Positions 56,585 to 64,000 of a DNA stretch of 64,000 bases are shown one piece after another. The first letter of the stretch is position 1. Every line of letters starts with the position of its first letter. The notes below the pieces were generated by a model. It worked only from the letters and a program-made list of their open reading frames with translations. It was not told the DNA's origin and searched no databases. This stretch comes from Actinomycetes bacterium (lineage in GTDB: Bacteria > Actinomycetota > Actinomycetes > Nanopelagicales > Nanopelagicaceae): the NCBI GenBank assembly GCA_043746515.1, contig JAYTQV010000048.1, forward strand, positions 6,676-70,675. The letters are read 5' to 3'. The position numbers and the translations under genes are program-made.

Positions 56585-57261
56585 CCCTGACTCGATCCCG
56601 CCTTATAACCAACTCCGCGCACAGTAAGGACGACTTGAGGATTGTCTACATCCTCTTCAACTTTCGCACGCAACCTCTGGACGTGAACATTTACCAACCT
56701 CGTATCAGCGGCATGCTGATACCCCCACACCTCACTCAGTAAAGCATCTCTCGTGAAAACTCGACCCGGCTCTCTAGCCAAGGCCACCAAGAGGTCAAAC
56801 TCAAGACGAGTGAGTGGAATAGTTTTACCTTCGCGGATTATTGTGTGAGCAACTTGATCAATCACGATGTCACAAATTCGCAAAGTGGTAGAAACTTCAC
56901 TAGTAGAGCGACGTAAGCGCACCTTGATTCGTGCGACGAGTTCAGTTGGGTTAAAAGGTTTAACCATATAGTCATCAGCACCCGCCTCCAGCCCTTTCAC
57001 TACATCGTAGCTATCACTTTTGGCAGTCAACATAACTATTGGAACCATAGATTTTTCGCGGATATTTTTACAGACTTCAATCCCGTTCAGTCCAGGGAGC
57101 ATCACATCTAAGAGCACAAGATCTGGTTCATGCGAATTAAAAATATTCATCACTTGATCGCCAGAGTTGACAAGATCAACCTCAAAACCAGCACTTGTTA
57201 AAACGATACCGAGCATCTCTGCCAAGTCTTGGTCGTCATCTACCACCATGATCAGCGTCAT
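56581..57261 (-). CDS. mtrA: OmpR-family response regulator MtrA
   Basis: IMVVDDD, LLDVMLPG, and the winged helix LTVRGVGYK. I chose ATG 57261, which gives a TAATG overlap with ahcY. Confidence 0.85.
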   Translation of the reverse strand: MTLIMVVDDDQDLAEMLGIVLTSAGFEVDLVNSGDQVMNIFNSHEPDLVLLDVMLPGLNGIEVCKNIREKSMVPIVMLTAKSDSYDVVKGLEAGADDYMVKPFNPTELVARIKVRLRRSTSEVSTTLRICDIVIDQVAHTIIREGKTIPLTRLEFDLLVALAREPGRVFTRDALLSEVWGYQHAADTRLVNVHVQRLRAKVEEDVDNPQVVLTVRGVGYKAGSSQG

Positions 57262-58535
57262 TAGGATCCATGCTCCCAAGAGTTTAAATATAGTTCTTGC
57301 GCCGAAGTCAAAGTGTCGATTGTGACCCCCATGCTTGCCAACTTGAGACGAGCTACCTCCTTATCAATTTCTGTTGGAACTTCATGAATACCAGCTCCTA
57401 GCGTTGCTGCTGCCTTAACCAACCACTCTGCGGTAAGTGCTTGATCAGAGAAAGACATATCCATCACTGAAGCAGGATGCCCTTCAGCGGCCCCTAAATT
57501 AACCAATCTCCCTTCGGCAATAAGAAGCAAACGACGACCATCAGCCAGGACATACTCATCAGTTTGGTGGCGAATTCGACGGTTTTTGTGCGCATTTTTC
57601 TCCAGCCAGGCCACATCAATCTCAATATCAAAGTGTCCAGAATTAGCGAAAATTGCGCCATCTTTCATTACCGCAAAATGCTCTTCGCGTAGCACGTCGC
57701 GGTTGCCGGTTACTGTGATGAAAAAATCCCCAATCTTTGCCGCTTCGAGTGAGTTCATCACCCGATACCCCTGCATCATGGCATCGAGCGCCTTTGTTGG
57801 ATCAATTTCCGTAACAACTACATTCGCACCCATTCCACGAGCACGCTCAGCAACGCCTTTTCCACAATATCCAAAGCCGCAAACGACTAACGTTGATCCC
57901 GCGATGAGGCCATTCGTGGCACGGAAAATTGCATCCATTGTGGATTGACCGGTACCGAAACGATTATCGAACATGTGCTTTGTATCAGTGTCGTTAACCG
58001 CAATCATAGGAAATTTAAGTGCACCATCTTTGGTCATTTGGCTGAGGCGAATAACACCAGTTGTTGTTTCTTCGCAGCCGCCCATGATTCCATCGAGAAG
58101 TTCGGTACGAGTCGTATGAAGGGTATTTACCAAGTCACAGCCATCATCAAAAACTAAATTTGGTTTAATATCAAGAGCAGCGTTGAGATCGCGATAATAA
58201 CCTTCACGGTCAACACCATTGTGGGCAAAAACATTAATTCCATATTCATGAACAAGCGCCGCTGCTGTGTCATCTTGTGTTGAAAGCGGATTGGAAGCAC
58301 ATAACGCAAGTTCGGCTCCTCCAGCCTTGAGTGCACGCATCAAATTAGCGGTCTCTGTGGTTACATGCATACACGCCGCAATTCGAATACCAGCAAACGG
58401 CTTCTCGATTTCAAAGCGCTCTTTTATTTGGGCGAGTACCGGCATATTGCGTTGCGCCCACTCAATCCGCTTTTTACCATCCGCTGCTAATGCGGCATTT
58501 GTAATGTCATGGCCAACAGTTGTTTCAACCGACAC
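57261..58535 (-). CDS. ahcY: Adenosylhomocysteinase
   Basis: CNPLSTQD-type motif (SNPLSTQDD), GFGYCGKG and [12 protein letters not shown] start with AAGGAG upstream. Confidence 0.95.
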   Translation of the reverse strand: MSVETTVGHDITNAALAADGKKRIEWAQRNMPVLAQIKERFEIEKPFAGIRIAACMHVTTETANLMRALKAGGAELALCASNPLSTQDDTAAALVHEYGINVFAHNGVDREGYYRDLNAALDIKPNLVFDDGCDLVNTLHTTRTELLDGIMGGCEETTTGVIRLSQMTKDGALKFPMIAVNDTDTKHMFDNRFGTGQSTMDAIFRATNGLIAGSTLVVCGFGYCGKGVAERARGMGANVVVTEIDPTKALDAMMQGYRVMNSLEAAKIGDFFITVTGNRDVLREEHFAVMKDGAIFANSGHFDIEIDVAWLEKNAHKNRRIRHQTDEYVLADGRRLLLIAEGRLVNLGAAEGHPASVMDMSFSDQALTAEWLVKAAATLGAGIHEVPTEIDKEVARLKLASMGVTIDTLTSAQELYLNSWEHGS

Positions 58536-58611
58536 GTGAACTCCTTATTGATTTTAGAACATGTTACTTACATGCCTATATATGCTGGGATCGGATCCGT
58601 AGGACAAAAGA

Positions 58612-59979
58612 TTACCTGATGAGAGACAATACCTCATTGCTGATTTTAAGTACCTGCTCCTTGGAGTTGGCCTCAACATTGAGTCGTAGTAGGGGCTCAG
58701 TGTTAGATGGACGCAGGTTAAACCACCAATCTGATGCCTTAACGGTTAATCCATCTAATTCATCGATCTCATAATCCACTTCGTAATTTGCCTTAATGAG
58801 CGCGATACTTTCATCAGGATTTGCCACCACGGTATTGATCTCCCCGCTGGATTCATATCTGCTCAAAGGCGCCAACAATTCCGAAAGAGCGCGCTCAGAG
58901 TAGGAGAGCTCAGCAATCGCGAAAAGCGCTGCCAGCGCCCCCGAGTCCGCTCTCCAGAAGTCGTCGAAGTAAAAATGACCGGAATGCTCGCCACCAAAAA
59001 TTGCCCCACTTTCAGCCATCATCTTTTTAATATAAGAGTGCCCAACTCGGGAACGAAGCGGGATACCGCCATGCTCCACAATGATTTCAGGAACCGCTTG
59101 AGAAGATATGAGATTATAAATAATCGCAGAACCTGGCTTCCGTTTTAACTCCCGGATCGCTATCAACGCAGTGAGTGCAGATGGATTCACAATCTCACCG
59201 CGCTCATCGACGAGGAAACAGCGATCGGCATCTCCATCAAAGGCTAGTCCAATATCAGCCTTTACCTGCTTCACTTTTTTTATCAAATCTCTAAGATTTT
59301 TTGGGTCGATCGGATTTGCTTCATGATGTGGAAAATTGCCGTCGAGTTCGAAGAAAAGTGGAGTCAACTCCACATTAAGTCGGGAGAAGATCGCAGGCGC
59401 GGTAAACCCTGCCATCCCATTGCCAGCATCCACTACTACCTTTAATTTTCTTCCAGAGGAAAATTCGTCTGTTTTAAAAAGACTTAAAAGAAAATCAACA
59501 TAATCCTCTAATAACTCAATTTTGCTCGTTCTGCCCATGGCTCCCATAGACATTGGAACCCCATCGTGTATCAACTGTTTAATTCGAAGTAATCCCGAAT
59601 CCGAACCAATAGGACGAGCTCCAGATTTGGATAATTTAATTCCGTTATAAGCCGCTGGATTATGGCTCGCAGTGAACATAGCCCCAGGAAGATTGAGGGA
59701 ACCAGATGCAAAGTAGAGCATGTCAGTGGAGGCGAGACCAATGCGAACTGCATCCATACCCTGTGAGTTAAGTCCGTCGGCAAATGCAGTTGCTAAATCC
59801 TCTGAGGAAGGGCGCATATCTTCACCGATGACAACACGTGCCGGCTCTCTCTCCTCCATCAAGAAGCGGGCAAAGGCTGTTCCTAGTACAAAGGTGAACT
59901 CAGGAGTTATCTCATCAACTACTAGTCCCCGTATATCGTAAGCCTTAATTATTTTATCGAGTTCTTCGTTGGTGAACAT
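58612..59979 (-). CDS. Phosphomannomutase/phosphoglucomutase
   Basis: Active-site motif TASHNP, then DGDADR and GGEHSGH. Confidence 0.9.
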   Translation of the reverse strand: MFTNEELDKIIKAYDIRGLVVDEITPEFTFVLGTAFARFLMEEREPARVVIGEDMRPSSEDLATAFADGLNSQGMDAVRIGLASTDMLYFASGSLNLPGAMFTASHNPAAYNGIKLSKSGARPIGSDSGLLRIKQLIHDGVPMSMGAMGRTSKIELLEDYVDFLLSLFKTDEFSSGRKLKVVVDAGNGMAGFTAPAIFSRLNVELTPLFFELDGNFPHHEANPIDPKNLRDLIKKVKQVKADIGLAFDGDADRCFLVDERGEIVNPSALTALIAIRELKRKPGSAIIYNLISSQAVPEIIVEHGGIPLRSRVGHSYIKKMMAESGAIFGGEHSGHFYFDDFWRADSGALAALFAIAELSYSERALSELLAPLSRYESSGEINTVVANPDESIALIKANYEVDYEIDELDGLTVKASDWWFNLRPSNTEPLLRLNVEANSKEQVLKISNEVLSLIR

Positions 59980-60065
59980 GGAGTAAATCTACTTCAGAAA
60001 ACCGAACCCACAATGATGAGTGGCCCGTGACTACTCGAAGAAGAGGGACTACCCCATTAATTGGC

Positions 60066-60431
60066 TCAATGTGAAGGTAGGGCTCGCAAGTGACCTCGGC
60101 GGCCAAGTTCTGGTGGGGACGGTGGAGCGGATGGCGGAGTGGCTTGCTGGTGACCAATTTCTCGCACAGCATTGGCAATCATCATCAGGTCATCTTCGCT
60201 AGGTCCAGAATCCTGCGCTTCTGGCTCGATTTTGGTAACGCTCCACCCGTTGGGAAGGGTCAATTTTTCGCCATGCGCTAGACACAAATCATAAGAATGA
60301 GGTTCGGCATACATCGCTAGAGGGCCCAAAATCGCAGTGGAGTCGGCGTACACATACGTTAACGTTTTGACCGCGGGGAGATTGCAGCTGGCACGCGAGC
60401 AGGTCCGACTAGATCGTTGTTGGGCGCGCAT
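60066..60431 (-). CDS. DUF3499 domain protein
   Basis: CSRASCNLPAVKTLTYVYADSTAILGPL...DLCLAH. It neighbours the PMM gene, as is conserved in actinobacteria. Confidence 0.65.
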   Translation of the reverse strand: MRAQQRSSRTCSRASCNLPAVKTLTYVYADSTAILGPLAMYAEPHSYDLCLAHGEKLTLPNGWSVTKIEPEAQDSGPSEDDLMMIANAVREIGHQQATPPSAPPSPPELGRRGHLRALPSH

Positions 60432-60481
60432 AATTGGGAGATTACTGCCTCTTCTAAGAGAAGTGTTGGATTTCGTAGATC

Positions 60482-61789
60482 TCAGTGGCGAGTCAAAACT
60501 CGTAGGTCAGCCATTGGCGCCCGAGCGCGCGAAATGAGCCCATTAGAGAGCAAGGGCAAATAACTCAGACCTCCTGCGGCCCTAGTAAGGATTGCTCCAC
60601 CATAAATTGGAGCTCTCGAACGCGTCTTAAAAGTTATCCCTGACAAAAGACCAGATGGTTGCCAGTATGCCGATGAATCTCCAGTAATGAGCGCACGCCG
60701 GGATCTGCCCCTCTCATCTCGCCAGAGAGCTAGAACGGAGAGTGATTTACCCATAAAGAAAAATCCCACTTTAGATCCAGCGAAGTTAACAGCAAAATTT
60801 GAAATGGGCAAGAGTTGATTTGCCCATGAAAAATCTTTCCCACCAAGAGTTGACTGAGTAATTGTTGCGGCGAATATTGGTTGATCCGAAGTGACCTCAA
60901 TGCCAAATGGTTTAGACAAGGAGAGTCGAGGAAGAGGTAAATCAACCACCCTTTGATGGAAGATTTGAAGTGAATCAAAACCTATAGGCGTAAACGTTCC
61001 CCCATCTGAATAGACCGTGAGATGAACGTGGGCATTGACTGCACCCGGGACCAGGAATCTCATCGTAGAAGAAACACCTTTTGTGGAGCCGTACAGGCCA
61101 GCAATGTAACTAACAGTTGCTGGAGCGGAAACTGGAGAGACAAAACTTGCACCTAAATCATGAAGCCCACTTCTGCGATGATCCAGTAAAAATGAGGTCA
61201 CTCGACCTGAAATTGTCACTATGTGAAGAGCTACAGATTCCTCCCCTGGGATAATTGAAGCTAGGGGAATGTTTCTTGAAGAATTTGCCTTTACAGTTAT
61301 TGAAAACGCTGCAAGCACAACTTTAGAATTAAATGGAACAATCTGAACTGTGGAATCACTCAGACCACTATTTATGATCTGCAGTACACCTTGACTTGTG
61401 ACTCCGGCCGACCCTCCTATGAACCACTGATCCGATCCTCCAACTTCACAGACAGCGTCAGCTATTCCCGTTCCTGCGACAGATTCAAATGCAATTTCTG
61501 AACCTGGATTTCCACTAATAAGAGTCGGGGCGCTTGAACCTGTTATGGAGAGAAATTTATACACTTTAAGAATTGCACTCTTTCCAAGAACTGTCCTGGT
61601 GGAGAGATTCTTAGTTGGCAAAGAGATTTCTTCGGTTCCTCCCCCTAACGCGCCAGGACAAACTACTGATGGATAACTTCCATTAAAAACAATATGTTCT
61701 TTAGCTTGCGGCACCAAAGTCGAGACAGCAACGGCAAGTGCGATAAATAGTGGAGCTAATAAACCACTCATCGTTCTTTTGAATTTCAT
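60482..61789 (-). CDS. Secreted DUF5719-like protein
   Basis: 435 aa with a signal peptide and beta-rich sequence. It lies immediately downstream of a large membrane protein. The family is called from synteny and general resemblance. Confidence 0.45.
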   Translation of the reverse strand: MKFKRTMSGLLAPLFIALAVAVSTLVPQAKEHIVFNGSYPSVVCPGALGGGTEEISLPTKNLSTRTVLGKSAILKVYKFLSITGSSAPTLISGNPGSEIAFESVAGTGIADAVCEVGGSDQWFIGGSAGVTSQGVLQIINSGLSDSTVQIVPFNSKVVLAAFSITVKANSSRNIPLASIIPGEESVALHIVTISGRVTSFLLDHRRSGLHDLGASFVSPVSAPATVSYIAGLYGSTKGVSSTMRFLVPGAVNAHVHLTVYSDGGTFTPIGFDSLQIFHQRVVDLPLPRLSLSKPFGIEVTSDQPIFAATITQSTLGGKDFSWANQLLPISNFAVNFAGSKVGFFFMGKSLSVLALWRDERGRSRRALITGDSSAYWQPSGLLSGITFKTRSRAPIYGGAILTRAAGGLSYLPLLSNGLISRARAPMADLRVLTRH

Positions 61790-61791
61790 GG

Positions 61792-64000
61792 CTAAACCAA
61801 TTCCTCTAGAGGAACTTGACGTCGCCGTCTTCCTGACGGGATTGACATTACAATTGTAAAGAGAAGTGCAATCAATTGCAGTGATATTAAACCTCGATGA
61901 AGAGTTCCATCGAAGAGCAGAGTGACTTTCCCTGGAGTGGAGAGATTAAAAACTGGTAGTCCGCTGGTTGCATGTTCCAGCGGAATCTCTATCCCGTTGT
62001 CTAAAAGTCTCCAACCGCGATCATATTTCTCAGCCAAAGTAATGAACCCCGACGTTTTAGTTGAACCCAGGGCTCCGATATCACTGGCAGGAATCAAATA
62101 ATTCTTTCCATTAGCGTTGGTTAACATTACTCGAGGCGAAGCTCCAACTATTCGCCAGACAATTCCAATATTTGTCGCAGACATTCGGTTATATCCGCCA
62201 ACTCCATCAATAATCCGAGCCGTATCTGCAGAAACTGGGGCGCGCAAGAAAAGATATTGGATTCCAAAACTTCCGAGGATCTTCGCTGAGTTCACACCTG
62301 ATCCTGATATCAACTCTGCAATTGCTCCTTGAATTTGTGGTGGAGTTATTGTTGAAACATCTGCATCCCCGATAAACAGTGGGTTTCCACGTGAAATGAA
62401 AAAGGTTGTAGATGTTGCGCCAGAGATCACGACCAGTGTTTTGGGTTTTGCCGAACTTTGAGCAAGTGAGGAGACAAAAGCAGGCACCACATCGCTTTGA
62501 TCTGATTGAACAGGTGACAAGGATTGACCGATAAGAATCCAACCTGCAAAAAGCACCGTGCTTACCATGCAAAGTGCACTCGCTAGCGCAATCGACAGGT
62601 GAACGACCCCCAAATTTCGAATTCGTAGAGTAGGAATTACCCTCTGGATCACCGCAAGCATCGGTGGGATCAACACAATTGATATTGCTAAAAACAGAGT
62701 CCCAACATAGACCCGCTCGATCGCTCCATGTCCTGAAATATGAAAAGTATTAAGAATGATTGCAAGAGCTAACAACATCGAACCGGCGAGGGAGCGGCGG
62801 CGCATACTTCGAATAAAAAAACTAAAGAGAATAAAAAGTGGCAGGGGGGCAAGTACCCACCAAGGTGGTGCCCCTAATCCACCCGGATTTATTGCAAGTG
62901 TTGAAAGAGTGCCCCCATTTGCCAGAGGTAATCCAGGCGCTAACAGAAATTGAGTTGGGTGTATCAAGATTCCAATTGACCAAGGCAGAGTTAAGAGGAA
63001 GGTAGTTAAAATCACGATAAAGCGCCGTGAAATTGGACGGACTCGAGCGCTTTCAAGTAAGTCAATCCAACCTCCTGATTTGTCTTGCCCCCTTATGACA
63101 GACGCTACCGAATTTATAAATAAGAGCACTTGGCTGATAAGCCAGATAGCGAGCAATAATGGAGAGAATGCACATGCAGAGGTCACAAGGAGTGTTTGTG
63201 CAATAACTCTACGCCAAGAAAGTTCTGAAATATTTAGCATCAAGGGTTTGATAAAAATAAATACTGGGGCAATTAAATAAAGAATGAGGATGTCAATTCG
63301 ACCTTGATTAAGTGCGCTCCACAGAAGTGGAGAGAACACATAGACCAAGCCTCCAAATGTTGAAGTTCCTTGTGAAATGCCAATCCTTCGCAGCGAATTT
63401 ACAAAAATAATAAATGAAGTAGTAGGTGTCAAAAGAAATAGTGCGGTGATAAAAATGGAAAGGTGGCCCCACGTAACGATTGAGATGGCGCCAAGAATCG
63501 CAACCCATGGCGGAGAAGAAACTGAAGATCCCATACCGACCAAATGCCAAGCTTGTGCATAATTTTGAAAAAGATCGCGGCCACTCGGTGGAATAAATCC
63601 CAAGACTCCACCCGATAGAGAACCAAACCGAGCACGCGAAGATAAAATTGAGAGAATCATGATCGCAATCAGCGCTAAAGAATCAGTTCTTCGCACCAAG
63701 CTCCGGATAATTGATGGTCGTCCCGCTTGAGAGAATTCCGGTTCATCAAATTCCTCCGTGATGAGACCGATATCCGAATAACTTTGTACCGCAATATCCG
63801 TGCCAATTGAAATCTCACCCTTAAGTTTCTGAGAGAGAGTACTTGCAATACGATCAAATCCAGACCGAATCTGACTACCACGCGGCGGTATGTAAGGCGC
63901 AACAACTGATGGAGATAGCAATCTCTTTTTACGTCTGATCCGCCTGCCCTTTATAAGATCTGTCGGGTGAATCAAAAGGAACGCGATCGCACCAATTTCA
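61792..64000 (-). CDS. Large polytopic membrane protein, partial (the frame is open to the right window edge); possibly the membrane part of a GT2-type glycosyltransferase
   Basis: The listed TTG at 63975 is only the first start-like codon, and the frame stays open to 64000. There are more than 12 TM segments and then a soluble C-terminal domain. No GT domain is visible in the window. Confidence 0.5.
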   Translation of the reverse strand, partial: EIGAIAFLLIHPTDLIKGRRIRRKKRLLSPSVVAPYIPPRGSQIRSGFDRIASTLSQKLKGEISIGTDIAVQSYSDIGLITEEFDEPEFSQAGRPSIIRSLVRRTDSLALIAIMILSILSSRARFGSLSGGVLGFIPPSGRDLFQNYAQAWHLVGMGSSVSSPPWVAILGAISIVTWGHLSIFITALFLLTPTTSFIIFVNSLRRIGISQGTSTFGGLVYVFSPLLWSALNQGRIDILILYLIAPVFIFIKPLMLNISELSWRRVIAQTLLVTSACAFSPLLLAIWLISQVLLFINSVASVIRGQDKSGGWIDLLESARVRPISRRFIVILTTFLLTLPWSIGILIHPTQFLLAPGLPLANGGTLSTLAINPGGLGAPPWWVLAPLPLFILFSFFIRSMRRRSLAGSMLLALAIILNTFHISGHGAIERVYVGTLFLAISIVLIPPMLAVIQRVIPTLRIRNLGVVHLSIALASALCMVSTVLFAGWILIGQSLSPVQSDQSDVVPAFVSSLAQSSAKPKTLVVISGATSTTFFISRGNPLFIGDADVSTITPPQIQGAIAELISGSGVNSAKILGSFGIQYLFLRAPVSADTARIIDGVGGYNRMSATNIGIVWRIVGASPRVMLTNANGKNYLIPASDIGALGSTKTSGFITLAEKYDRGWRLLDNGIEIPLEHATSGLPVFNLSTPGKVTLLFDGTLHRGLISLQLIALLFTIVMSIPSGRRRRQVPLEELV

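Noticed and set aside
58536-58611. SAH riboswitch upstream of ahcY
   Set aside because: The gap is only 76 nt and AT-rich. It holds just an AAGGAG RBS and none of the GC-rich pseudoknot elements I associate with the SAH riboswitch. ahcY is probably co-transcribed with the PMM gene.

Overview
This 64-kb window looks like a streamlined freshwater actinobacterium (acI/Nanopelagicales-like). That is inferred from an actinorhodopsin plus typical actinobacterial core synteny, with no database search possible. It is almost entirely coding. No IS elements, integrases, CRISPR arrays or rRNA were seen.

Layout:
- 1-2831: a long minus-strand ORF missing from the ORF track because it runs off the window. 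It reads as a DabB-like membrane domain fused in frame to DabA (DUF2309), an inorganic-carbon pump.
- 2.9-6.1 kb: a light module with a small wHTH regulator, a DTE-motif actinorhodopsin, heterodimeric lycopene cyclase and Blh retinal synthase.
- 6.1-22.2 kb: a tightly packed, almost unidirectional catabolic island. It holds 3 SDRs, a PanE-like reductase-amidase fusion, an M55 D-aminopeptidase, an isoaspartyl peptidase, a 5-gene Dpp/Opp-type ABC importer, a second amidase, a TIGR04076 protein, an aldo/keto reductase (AKR) and an AKR-RidA fusion.
- 22.7-32.35 kb: one translationally coupled Gram-positive-type type IV pilus operon. Its gene order is pilB, pilC, two long pseudopilins, a TadG-like 513-aa protein, a third pseudopilin, the major pilin, pilD and an S8 protease.
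- 32.35-34.3 kb: the most interesting part. An unlisted 53-codon ORF encodes a signal-peptide-bearing peptide ending PPTCCQFS and is followed by a strong terminator. It sits between the pilB promoter and a leaderless HTH(XRE)-TPR regulator. I read this as a candidate peptide-signalling switch resembling the RNPP family of peptide-binding regulators. A tRNA with a Leu anticodon (UAA) but a short variable arm follows.
- 34.4-64 kb: housekeeping genes. These are PAP2, DinB, FAH, Rieske, CPA antiporter, aminotransferase, UDG, ppx, DUF501, ftsB-like, eno, mazG, mfd, ppc, secA, comF, mtrBA, ahcY, PMM/PGM, DUF3499, DUF5719 and a large membrane protein running off the right edge.

All calls rest on my reading of motifs. 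HMM or BLAST confirmation is needed.
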